Source: an uncultured Syntrophobacterales bacterium (GTDB taxonomy: Bacteria; Desulfobacterota; BSN033; WVXP01; G020346125). Taken from it: DNA of 45,082 nucleotides. The DNA lies in assembly GCA_965371165.1 (NCBI GenBank), contig CBDUXJ010000002.1:1-45082 (forward strand). The letters run 5' to 3'. A model generated the notes under the pieces. That model was not told where the DNA came from and made no database searches. It saw only the letters and a list, made by a program, of their open reading frames with translations. The position numbers and the translations under genes are program-made. Position 1 is the stretch's first letter. The number at the start of each line of letters is the position of its first letter. This document shows positions 25,462 through 33,638 of the stretch, piece by piece.

Positions 25462-27030
25462 ATGACTTTTACGAGACCCAATGCAAGCTCAGCCACTATT
25501 ACACGAAATAGGGTAACTCCCTCGCCGATTTCCGGTATCTGTGTTACCTGCTTGGACGGCTGCCCAGGACCCTGCGAGGTGGGAAGATCGGCCCTGAGGG
25601 GAAGGGAGATTCTCTATCCTCAGCCCTTTGGCAAGGTGACGGCGGGATCGGAGAAGGATTACCCGGTTGACCTCTCCCACTTTAACATCCATGGAAGTTG
25701 CGTCGGGGCCAGCGGAGTGGAAGCCGATTCGGATAGGGCTACCTTTCCGGCAGTTGATATCTCCACTGAAGTGGGAGGAAACGGAAAGATCAGGATGAAG
25801 GTTCCCTACTTCACGGGTGCCCTGGGTTCCACCGAGATTGCCAGGATCCATTGGGAATCCATGGCCGTTGCGGCAGCCATCAGCGGAACCGTTGTGGTTG
25901 TGGGCGAAAACGTGTGCGGTATGGATCCGGAGGCGGAATTCAAGAACGGCACCATCGTAAAATCCCCGGAGCTGGAGAGAAGGGTGAGAATCTTCAAGGA
26001 TTGGTATGACGGCTACGGCGGGATCAGCGTCCAATATAATGTCGAGGATGGGAGACTGGGAGTGCCCGAATACGCCCTGGAAAAACTCGGGGTGGATATC
26101 ATAGAGCCCAAGTGGGGCCAGGGAGCAAAGGATATCGGGGGAGAAGTGAAGCTCCCCTCCCTGGATAGGGCTCTCCAGTTAAAAAACCGGGGATACATCG
26201 TCATGCCAGACCCGGAAGACCCCGTTATTCAACAGGCCTTTGGGCAGGGTGATTTCAAGGAGTTCGAACGTCACTCGCGCCTGGGAATGGTTGACGAGGA
26301 ATCCTTTCTGCGAGAGATCGAACGGTTGAGGAAAATCGGGGCCAAATACATTTCCCTCAAGACGGGAGCCTACCGTCCTGCTGACCTCGCCCGGGCCGTT
26401 AAATGTGCATCCGATGCCAAAATTGATCTCCTCACCGTGGACGGCGCGGGAGGCGGTACCGGAATGAGCCCGTGGAGGATGATGAATGAATGGGGTATCC
26501 CTACGGTCCAAATTGAATGTCTCCTGTATCGGTTTTTACGAAGGCTGACCGAAAAGGGTGCCTTTATTCCCAGTTGCGCCATTGCGGGAGGGATTTCTCT
26601 GGAGGATCATGTCTTTAAGGCCCTTGCCCTGGGGGCACCATATATTAAAGCCATTTGTCTGGGGAGGGGAAGTATGACCGCGGCCATGGTCGGCAATACC
26701 GTTGGGGAAATGATCAAGAAGGGGAAGGTCCCAGGCGATTTGGCAAAGTACGGAACCGATGTCGAGCATCTTTTTGTCCTGGCCGCAAAACTTAAGGAGC
26801 GGTTTGGAAAGGATTTCCAAAAAATTCCAACCGGTGCCATCGGAATGATCACCTATTTCGATCGCTTGAATGCGGGTTTGCAACAAATTATGGCGGGAGC
26901 GCGAAAATTTGCACTGAAGTACATCACCAGGGATGACTTGGCTTGCCTCACCCGGCACGCCGCGGAAATCTCCGGGATTCCTTACGTCATGGATGCGGAT
27001 AGTGAGGAAGTGGACCGGATTTTGGGATAG
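25462..27030 (+). CDS. Glutamate synthase-related FMN/Fe-S domain protein (stand-alone GltB domain-2 type)
   Basis: 522 aa from ATG 25462 (AAAGGAG SD). N-terminal Cys cluster CVTCLDGCPGPCEV. TIM-barrel motifs KWGQGAKDIGGEV and DLLTVDGAGGGTGMSP typical of the GltS FMN domain. No amidotransferase or GltD-like domain. Confidence 0.8.
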   Translation: MTFTRPNASSATITRNRVTPSPISGICVTCLDGCPGPCEVGRSALRGREILYPQPFGKVTAGSEKDYPVDLSHFNIHGSCVGASGVEADSDRATFPAVDISTEVGGNGKIRMKVPYFTGALGSTEIARIHWESMAVAAAISGTVVVVGENVCGMDPEAEFKNGTIVKSPELERRVRIFKDWYDGYGGISVQYNVEDGRLGVPEYALEKLGVDIIEPKWGQGAKDIGGEVKLPSLDRALQLKNRGYIVMPDPEDPVIQQAFGQGDFKEFERHSRLGMVDEESFLREIERLRKIGAKYISLKTGAYRPADLARAVKCASDAKIDLLTVDGAGGGTGMSPWRMMNEWGIPTVQIECLLYRFLRRLTEKGAFIPSCAIAGGISLEDHVFKALALGAPYIKAICLGRGSMTAAMVGNTVGEMIKKGKVPGDLAKYGTDVEHLFVLAAKLKERFGKDFQKIPTGAIGMITYFDRLNAGLQQIMAGARKFALKYITRDDLACLTRHAAEISGIPYVMDADSEEVDRILG

Positions 27031-27048
27031 AGCTCACTTCGGGTTAAC

Positions 27049-27086
27049 AAAGGGGATACCGGTAATTCCGGTATCCCCTTTTGTTT
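27049..27086 (+). terminator. Rho-independent terminator after the gltB-like gene
   Basis: Stem AAAGGGGATACCGG / CCGGTATCCCCTTT with loop TAATT, followed by TTGTTT. Confidence 0.8.
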
Positions 27087-27112
27087 CCAAAACCCACGAA
27101 TGGCGGTATAAT
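27084..27112 (+). promoter_or_regulatory. Possible promoter for the long nadE
   Basis: TTTCCA (27084-27089), 17-nt spacer, then a perfect TATAAT (27107-27112), 30 nt upstream of ATG 27143. Confidence 0.4.
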
Positions 27113-27142
27113 GAATCGTTCAATTTACGGAGGGAAGAACCC

Positions 27143-28885
27143 ATGAGGACGCTCAGATTGGGTATGGGGCAGATTAACCCCACGGTGGGGGACTTGGAGG
27201 GAAACACGCATAAGATCATCCAATACATCCACGATGCAAGAAAGATGGGGGTAGATTTCCTTACCTTCCCCGAACTGGCAATCCCCGGTTATCCCCCCGA
27301 GGATCTTCTCTTGATGCCCCGTTTTATTGATGCTAACCTGGAATATCTTCAAGAGATAACCGAGGCCTCAGAATCCATTACGGTACTGGTGGGCTTTGTA
27401 GATCGAAAGGATGACATCTATAACGCGGCCGCCCTGATCCATGATGGGAAATTGGAAGCGGTCTATCATAAGATTCGCCTCCCCAATTATGGGGTTTTCG
27501 ACGAGAGGAGATATTTTCAATCCGGGCGAGAGTTTCTCGTATTCTCCCTCCGAGGGATCACCATCGGCGCCAATATATGTGAGGACATCTGGCACCCCGG
27601 GAATCCCATAAGAGCCCAGGCTCTGTATGGTGGAGCCGAAATCATCGTGAACATCTCCTCATCCCCTTACCATGCAGGCAAGGGTTATTTTCGGGAGAGG
27701 ATGTTGGGCACCCGGGCGGCGGACAACATCGCCATCGTGGCCTTCAACAATCTGGTGGGGGGGCAGGATGAGCTGGTATTCGATGGAGAAAGCATGGTCT
27801 TCGATCAATCGGGAAACCTTATTCATCGAGGGAAAAAATTCCAGGAGGAGCTCATTCTGGTAGACCTGGATGCAGAGGCGGTCTTCAGGGGGCGGCTCCA
27901 AGATCCACGGCGAAGAGAGCACAAACTGGAAGACCGCGCTGAAAGGGAACCGCTTAATATGGTTCACCTCCCCGAGAGCCGTAAGCCTCGAAAAAAAGGA
28001 CCCAAAATCCCCCAAAGACTGCATGAACCGTTACCGCGGACAGAGGAAATCTATGAGGCTCTTGTCCTGGGAACCCGGGATTATGTGGGAAAGAATGGTT
28101 TCAATAAAGTGGTCATTGGACTGAGCGGGGGAATAGACTCATCCCTGGTCGCAACCATCGCCGTTGACGCTTTGGGAATGGAAAACGTAATCGGCGTCTT
28201 CATGCCATCCCACTACACATCGGTTGAAAACCGTGAAGATGCCGAAAAGCTATCCCAGAATTTGGGAATCAAATTGATCACGGTCCCCATTACGGAGGCC
28301 TTCAACGCCTACGAGAAAATGCTGGCACCGGAGTTTGTGGGAAAGAAGGTCGATGTTACGGAGGAAAACATTCAAGCACGAATCCGCGGAAACATCCTCA
28401 TGGCTCTATCCAATAAATTCGGATGGCTCGTGCTTACAACCGGGAATAAGAGTGAGACGAGCATAGGCTATTGTACCCTCTATGGCGATATGGCGGGAGG
28501 ATTCGCCGTAATCAAGGATGTGCCCAAGACCTTGGTTTACGAATTGGCCCGACAGAGAAATAATCGAGGGAAGTTGAAAATCATCCCCGAAAGGGTGATA
28601 CAGAAGGAACCATCCGCCGAGTTGAGACCGAAACAAAAGGACACAGATTCCTTACCGCCCTACCCTATTCTGGATCCCATTTTACAGGGTTATGTCGAGG
28701 AGGATAAGGATTTGGAAGGAATTTTGGCGTTGGGCTTTGAGAGGGGGATGGTCAAGAACATTATCGACAGGGTTGATAGAAATGAGTATAAACGAAGACA
28801 ATCTCCGCCTGGCATAAAGATAAGTCCGAGGGCGTTGGGTAAGGACCGGAGGCTCCCCATAACCAACAGGTATCGGAACTATTGA
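27143..28885 (+). CDS. nadE: Glutamine-dependent NAD+ synthetase (CN-hydrolase domain plus NAD synthetase domain)
   Basis: 580 aa from ATG 27143 (GGAGGGA SD). N-terminal nitrilase-like domain (FPELAIPGYPPEDL, ICEDIWHP) and C-terminal PP-loop GLSGGIDSS plus TGNKSETSIGYCTLYGDMAGG. Confidence 0.9.
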   Translation: MRTLRLGMGQINPTVGDLEGNTHKIIQYIHDARKMGVDFLTFPELAIPGYPPEDLLLMPRFIDANLEYLQEITEASESITVLVGFVDRKDDIYNAAALIHDGKLEAVYHKIRLPNYGVFDERRYFQSGREFLVFSLRGITIGANICEDIWHPGNPIRAQALYGGAEIIVNISSSPYHAGKGYFRERMLGTRAADNIAIVAFNNLVGGQDELVFDGESMVFDQSGNLIHRGKKFQEELILVDLDAEAVFRGRLQDPRRREHKLEDRAEREPLNMVHLPESRKPRKKGPKIPQRLHEPLPRTEEIYEALVLGTRDYVGKNGFNKVVIGLSGGIDSSLVATIAVDALGMENVIGVFMPSHYTSVENREDAEKLSQNLGIKLITVPITEAFNAYEKMLAPEFVGKKVDVTEENIQARIRGNILMALSNKFGWLVLTTGNKSETSIGYCTLYGDMAGGFAVIKDVPKTLVYELARQRNNRGKLKIIPERVIQKEPSAELRPKQKDTDSLPPYPILDPILQGYVEEDKDLEGILALGFERGMVKNIIDRVDRNEYKRRQSPPGIKISPRALGKDRRLPITNRYRNY

Positions 28886-28900
28886 ACGTCGCTTGGCAGG

Positions 28901-29127
28901 TTTTCTGAAAAACTGGGAAAAGGAGCTCTGAGCGCGAATTTACCCCGTAGTTCAATTAAAATGTCTGTGGTTTACTGAATTTGTAACCTATTGATTATAG
29001 AGTAACTCAGGGGTTTTGGCCCAACTGGAACATTGGAATAATGGAATACTGGAATGTTGGGTATCAAAACTGGTGGGATATAAACCCAATAAACTCAATA
29101 AACCCGAGCAACCCAAACAATCCATTG
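28901..29127 (+). repeat. Composite repeat: inverted family C end (28901-28939) followed by a family B copy (about 28975-29127)
   Basis: The reverse complement of 28901-28939 closely matches 18695-18731, differing at only a few positions. TTTGTAACC..AACTCAGGGG module, four TGGAAT units, GGGTATCAAAAC (also at 24321-24332), and five 9-nt units AAACCCAAT (29082-29126) in the opposite orientation to 24231-24302. Confidence 0.8.
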
Positions 29128-29361
29128 GATATCGACCTCTATGAGCTGGAGCCCGAGGAAGCGGCCAAAGTGAAACAGGTTCCTGGATCCCTGGATAAGG
29201 TCCTGGAGGCCTTGGAAGGGGATCATGAGTTCCTCATGGAAGGGGATGTCTTCACCGTGGACGTATTGGAGACCTGGATCAGATACAAGAGGGAGCGCGA
29301 GATCGATCCCGTCAGGCTGAGGCCCCACCCCTATGAATTCTTCCTCTATTACGATGTTTGA
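29128..29361 (+). pseudogene. glnA: 3'-terminal remnant of glutamine synthetase type I (last ~77 codons plus stop)
   Basis: [77 protein letters not shown] aligns with the E. coli GlnA C-terminus ([24 protein letters not shown]...[45 protein letters not shown]). The roughly 390 N-terminal codons are absent, and homology begins exactly where the repeat ends. Confidence 0.8.
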
Positions 29362-29373
29362 GACTGAAACCTA

Positions 29374-29392
29374 GAAGGGGTTTTTCCCCTTC
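29374..29392 (+). terminator. Hairpin downstream of the glnA remnant (weak terminator candidate)
   Basis: GAAGGGG-TTTTT-CCCCTTC, 12 nt after the stop codon. No downstream T-run. Confidence 0.35.
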
Positions 29393-29522
29393 CGTCCAAT
29401 CCTTTCAATCATTACCTTGATTCCAGAGATATGAGTTGATTTTCCCCGATTATTCTATTAATGTTCTTACCGAAAAAATTCCCGCGAAATCTCAGTTCGT
29501 TGAAAAACCAAGGGAGGAAGAA

Positions 29523-30287
29523 ATGAATGTGGACATAAACTGTGATATGGGGGAAAGTTTCGGCGTCTATCGTTTGGGCTTTGACGAGGAAATGATGTCT
29601 TATATCACCTCGGCCAATATTGCCTGCGGGTTCCACGCCGGGGATCCTATAGTGATGGAACGGACAATCTCGTCGGCGAAGAATCACGGGGTCTCGGTAG
29701 GTGCCCATCCCGGATTTCCCGATCTCGTGGGATTTGGACGGCGATCAATGGAACTAACCCCTCAGGAGGTGAGGAACGACCTCATTTATCAAGTCGGTGC
29801 CCTATTCGCCTTTGCCCAAATCGAGGGGCTCTCCCTCCAGCATGTGAAACCCCACGGGCAACTGTACAATTTAGCCGCAAAGGATGAACCCATGACCAGG
29901 GCTGTTTGTGAGGCCATCCTGGCGTTGGAGAAGAATCTCATTTTGGTCGCCCTTTCAGGATCAAAGATGGCCGAGATCGCCTCAAAAAGTGGGTTGAAGG
30001 TTGCCCGAGAGGTATTCGCCGATCGAGCGTATCATCGGGATGGAAACCTGGTTTCCCGGAAAAGGGAAGGTTCGGTGATCCATGATCCTGACAGGGTAGC
30101 CGAACGGGTGATTCGGATGGTACAGGAGGGCAAGGTCCAAAGCATCGAAGGGGACCTCATCGACTTGGAGGTTGATTCAATCTGTGTGCACGGCGATACC
30201 CCTGGAGCCGTTCAACTGGCGCAGACAATCCGAAGGAATCTCGAGGAGGCGGGGATAATGATTCTTCCCATGGGAAAGTTCCTCTAG
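29523..30287 (+). CDS. pxpA: 5-oxoprolinase subunit A (LamB/YcsF family)
   Basis: MNVDINCDMGESFG start, ANIACGFHAGDP and GAHPGFPDL motifs. ATG 29523 behind AGGGAGGAAG. Confidence 0.9.
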   Translation: MNVDINCDMGESFGVYRLGFDEEMMSYITSANIACGFHAGDPIVMERTISSAKNHGVSVGAHPGFPDLVGFGRRSMELTPQEVRNDLIYQVGALFAFAQIEGLSLQHVKPHGQLYNLAAKDEPMTRAVCEAILALEKNLILVALSGSKMAEIASKSGLKVAREVFADRAYHRDGNLVSRKREGSVIHDPDRVAERVIRMVQEGKVQSIEGDLIDLEVDSICVHGDTPGAVQLAQTIRRNLEEAGIMILPMGKFL

Positions 30288-30298
30288 AGGGAAAGAGG

Positions 30299-30994
30299 AT
30301 GTATCGGCGACCCCGGTATTTGCCGGCAGGGGATGAAGGGTTACTCATCGAGTTCGGCAATGAGATCCATCCAGACACGCATCGTCGAGTCTACGCCATG
30401 GCCCGGGCTGTCGAAGGGACCACAATTCAAGGGATTAAGGAGATCATTCCGTCCTACCGTTCGCTCCTGGTTGCATATGATCCCTTAGTGATCGGCTTCA
30501 AGGGTCTCACCAACCAGCTAAAAAGAATCGAAAAGAACCTCTCCCATGGCAAAATTCCCGAACATCGGAGGCTCGAAATCCCAACGCTTTATGGGGGGGA
30601 ATTCGGACCGGATTTGGATTTCGTGGCCAGTCACCATGGAATGACCCCTGAAAAGGTAATTCGTATTCACAGCTCCCAGGATTACCTCGTGTACATGCTT
30701 GGATTCACCCCTGGATTTCCCTATTTGGGGGGAAATCTCGAGAAAATAGCAACTCCCCGGCTGAAGACGCCGAGAATAAAGGTTCCGGGTGGTTCAGTGG
30801 GTATTGCGGAGAATCAAACGGGTATCTACCCCATTGAAAGCCCAGGGGGATGGCAAATCATAGGTCGGACCCCCCTCAAATTGTTCAACCCCCTTCAGCC
30901 TCCCCATTTCCTCCTGGCAGCAGGTGATATGGTGAGGTTTTTTCCCATCGACGAAAAGAAGTACGTGGATCTTTTGAAGTATGGAAGCCCTTGA
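30299..30994 (+). CDS. pxpB: 5-oxoprolinase subunit B (KipI / allophanate hydrolase subunit 1 family)
   Basis: 231 aa. YLPAGDEGLLIEFG, YLVYMLGFTPGFPYLG and GIYPIESPGGWQIIGRTP motifs. Confidence 0.85.
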   Translation: MYRRPRYLPAGDEGLLIEFGNEIHPDTHRRVYAMARAVEGTTIQGIKEIIPSYRSLLVAYDPLVIGFKGLTNQLKRIEKNLSHGKIPEHRRLEIPTLYGGEFGPDLDFVASHHGMTPEKVIRIHSSQDYLVYMLGFTPGFPYLGGNLEKIATPRLKTPRIKVPGGSVGIAENQTGIYPIESPGGWQIIGRTPLKLFNPLQPPHFLLAAGDMVRFFPIDEKKYVDLLKYGSP

Positions 30995-31922
30995 AATCCT
31001 CCACGGAGGGACGTTTACCACCGTTCAAGATTTGGGCCGCAAGGGATATCAACAGTTCGGGATGCCCACGGCGGGGGCAATGGATATCACTTCCTTGCGA
31101 ATTGCTAATCGTCTGGTTCAAAACGACGAAGGCAAAGCTTGTCTCGAGATCACCTTCATTGGACTTCGCCTCCTGGCGATTCAAGATCTGCTGATCGCCG
31201 TAACGGGTGGTAACCTCATGCCAAAGGTGAATGGATCTCCCCTTCCCATGTGGCAAACGGTCTCCCTCCGAAAAAATTCGGAAATCTCGTTCACCGGGGT
31301 TCGCGATGGAATCCGATCCTATCTCGCCGTTGCCGGGGGAATTCAGGTGCCGGAGATCATGGGGAGCAAATCCACCTATATTCGAGGAAGGATTGGGGGG
31401 TTGGAAGGGAGGCCGTTGAGACGGGGGGATCGTCTGCACATAGGCCGTCGGCCTCCAAGGGTCCCCCTCTGCAAGCTTAAAAAAAATCTCATCCCCCATT
31501 ATGGGAGGGAATGGAAAACTCGGGTCATCATGGGACCCCAGGAGGATTACTTTTCGAAGAAGGGAATCGAGACCTTTACCTCGTCGGAATATACCATCAC
31601 CCGACAATCCGATCGGATGGGATATCGTCTCCAGGGCCCGGTGATCCAACATCGAGAACGTGCCGATATCATCTCTGACGCTACCTGTCTGGGGAGCGTA
31701 CAGGTCCCCGGCCACGGTCTCCCCATCATTCTCCTGGCGGACAGGCAGACAACGGGGGGATACCCAAAAATCGCAACGGCCATCAGCGTGGATGTCTACG
31801 ACCTGGGGCAAGCCAAACCGGGGGACAGGATTCGGTTCTCCCCTATCAACGTCGTCGAGGCCCACAAGATAAGAAAAAGTTATGAAAGACGCATGGAACA
31901 ATGTATTAAAATTCTCCGATGA
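30981..31922 (+). CDS. pxpC: 5-oxoprolinase subunit C (KipA / allophanate hydrolase subunit 2 family)
   Basis: 313 aa. TTVQDLGRKGYQQFGMPTAGAMD, SDRMGYRL and DRQTTGGYPKIA motifs. 14-nt overlap with pxpB. Confidence 0.85.
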   Translation: MEALEILHGGTFTTVQDLGRKGYQQFGMPTAGAMDITSLRIANRLVQNDEGKACLEITFIGLRLLAIQDLLIAVTGGNLMPKVNGSPLPMWQTVSLRKNSEISFTGVRDGIRSYLAVAGGIQVPEIMGSKSTYIRGRIGGLEGRPLRRGDRLHIGRRPPRVPLCKLKKNLIPHYGREWKTRVIMGPQEDYFSKKGIETFTSSEYTITRQSDRMGYRLQGPVIQHRERADIISDATCLGSVQVPGHGLPIILLADRQTTGGYPKIATAISVDVYDLGQAKPGDRIRFSPINVVEAHKIRKSYERRMEQCIKILR

Positions 31923-32070
31923 ATGAATCAAAAGGTGCAATTCTATCCGTATAATACTTAAAGAGGGAGGTGATAAAAAGCCAATCCATTTATGTATTTA
32001 TCACATTTTGAACGGAGCTTGATAGTATTGAGTTAAAATCAAAATTCTTTTGCTCATCGGAAAAAAATCC

Positions 32071-32099
32071 TTGACAAACACTTTTTGCAATGCTACGCT
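32071..32099 (+). promoter_or_regulatory. Possible sigma70-type promoter for the ABC transporter operon
   Basis: TTGACA (32071-32076), 17-nt spacer, then TACGCT (32094-32099). Followed by a leader of about 130 nt with two hairpins (TACGCA..TGCGTA and GAGAAA-ACTG-TTTCTC). Confidence 0.4.
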
Positions 32100-32237
32100 C
32101 CCATTACGCAACGAGGTCGAGGTGCGTAGTAACCCATTGAGAAAACTGTTTCTCTAACGCAAAAAGGAGGTGAGAGAGGGAAGTTCTTAAGAGATTTTTG
32201 GCACGTTTTTTGAAATTTGGAAGGAGGTGTTTACACA

Positions 32238-33542
32238 ATGAAAGGCAAATGCATAATAGTATGGGTTGTGGCGTTGGCACTGGCATTGGTGGTCACGCCC
32301 CAGGCGGCGCTAGCAAAGGAAATCAAGATTGGGGTTATCCTTCCCCTGTCTGGCCCTCTTGCTCCCACGGGAAAGGCCTTGAGGGAAGGGATTGAGTTGT
32401 GCGCCGATATCATCAACAACAAATACCCGGACATCAAAATGTCCATCGCCCAGTGGGAGGGCATCCCTAATCTCGGGGGGGCCAAGATCAAGCTCGTTTT
32501 CGCCGACCACCGAGGAGACCCGGGTTGGGGGGCTGATCAGGCGAAGCGGCTCATAAGGGATGAGAAGGTTGTAGGCCTTACGGGCTGTTACAACAGCTCG
32601 GTAACGAAGACGGCATCGGTGGAGGCCGAACGAGCCGGTATTCCTTTCGTGAACGGTGAATCGACTTCTCCCGCCCTGACCAAGAGGGGTTTCAAGTGGT
32701 TCTGGAGGGTTACACCCCACGAAATGTGGTTTACCGCCGACCTCTTCAACTTCCTCGATGGGCTCACCAAGGGGAAGGCGAGCGGGGTAAAGGCCATCCC
32801 CAAGAAACAGATCGATAAATTGGCTGTCGCCGTGGAGAACACCGAATGGGGTTCAGCCGCTTTGAAGGTGATCGAGCAGTTCGCGGGCGAGCGGGGTTAT
32901 AAGATCGTCGAGGCCTTCAAATATCCCCACGCGTCGGCAGACCTGAGCAGCGAAGCGAGGAGGATGAAGGCCTCTGGCGCCAACACCTACCTGTTCGCTT
33001 CCTACCTCGCGGACTCGATCCTCTTCATCAAGACGCTGAAGGAAATCGGGGCAAGCCCTCGCCTGATCTGGGGACAGGATGCCGGATTCGTTGAACCCGA
33101 CTTCCACAAAACACTCGGGTCCGCTGTTAACGGTATTCTCACTCGTGATCTCTTCTCGATCGAGCTGGGCAAGGTTAAACCGGTGGCAATGCAACTGAAT
33201 AAAATGTTCAGGCAGAGGACGGGTTATGACTTTAACGGGAGTATAGCACGAGACTTCGTCGGGCTCCAGGTCTGGGCTCATGCCCTCAACGAGGCTAAAT
33301 CGACCGACCCGGGGGCAATCGCAAAGGCGCTGAATGCAATGCATCTCCCCCCTGAAGAGCTCCTCATGCCCTGGAAGGGAGTACGGTTTGGCTCGCCTTT
33401 CCCGGGCGACACCCAGCAGAATGAGCTGGGCTCCGGGGTAATCAACCAACTCCAGGGGTTTCCCGGCGGAAAGTATCAGGTCGTCTATCCCTTTCAATTC
33501 GCCACCGCGAATCTCCTCCATCCATTCCCTGGCTGGAAGTAA
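32238..33542 (+). CDS. ABC transporter periplasmic substrate-binding protein (Leu/Ile/Val-binding-protein fold, type I PBP)
   Basis: Signal peptide MKGKCIIVWVVALALALVVTPQAALA, then KIGVILPLSGPLA typical of LivJ/K-like binders. ATG 32238 behind GGAAGGAGG. Confidence 0.85.
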   Translation: MKGKCIIVWVVALALALVVTPQAALAKEIKIGVILPLSGPLAPTGKALREGIELCADIINNKYPDIKMSIAQWEGIPNLGGAKIKLVFADHRGDPGWGADQAKRLIRDEKVVGLTGCYNSSVTKTASVEAERAGIPFVNGESTSPALTKRGFKWFWRVTPHEMWFTADLFNFLDGLTKGKASGVKAIPKKQIDKLAVAVENTEWGSAALKVIEQFAGERGYKIVEAFKYPHASADLSSEARRMKASGANTYLFASYLADSILFIKTLKEIGASPRLIWGQDAGFVEPDFHKTLGSAVNGILTRDLFSIELGKVKPVAMQLNKMFRQRTGYDFNGSIARDFVGLQVWAHALNEAKSTDPGAIAKALNAMHLPPEELLMPWKGVRFGSPFPGDTQQNELGSGVINQLQGFPGGKYQVVYPFQFATANLLHPFPGWK

Positions 33543-33572
33543 CGGGTTAGATGGTGACTGACGTGGCAAGAT

Positions 33573-33607
33573 GAGGAGCAGAGCCAGATACTCTGGCTCT
33601 GCTCCTC
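33573..33607 (+). promoter_or_regulatory. Strong intra-operon hairpin between the binding-protein and permease genes
   Basis: Perfect 15-bp stem GAGGAGCAGAGCCAG / CTGGCTCTGCTCCTC with loop ATACT, followed by a pyrimidine-rich ACTTCTGTTTCC. Confidence 0.6.
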
Positions 33608-33638
33608 ACTTCTGTTTCCTCAGGGGATCGACAAGAAG

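Noticed and set aside
29041-29127. The 106-aa ORF 29041..29361 as a genuine small protein
   Set aside because: Its first 29 residues ([29 protein letters not shown]) are a translation of the family B TGGAAT and 9-nt arrays. There is no SD. The remainder is only the terminal fragment of GlnA, which cannot fold as an active enzyme. I annotate it as a pseudogene remnant instead.
30885-31940. Long antisense ORFs: 351 aa here, plus 23178..24011, 15328..16149, 41078..41893, 43507..44298, 32853..33569, 5068..5796, 3396..3896
   Set aside because: Each lies opposite a gene with strong family-specific motifs and has an Arg/Gly/Pro/Ser-rich composition typical of the antisense frame. None shows a recognisable domain or a start context.
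32199-32213. Sigma54-like -24/-12 element TGGCAC-N5-TTGA upstream of the ABC binding-protein gene
   Set aside because: The -12 element reads GA instead of the near-invariant GC. The implied TSS (about 32224) would fall inside the GGAGG Shine-Dalgarno, leaving no usable leader. No enhancer-binding protein gene is in the window.
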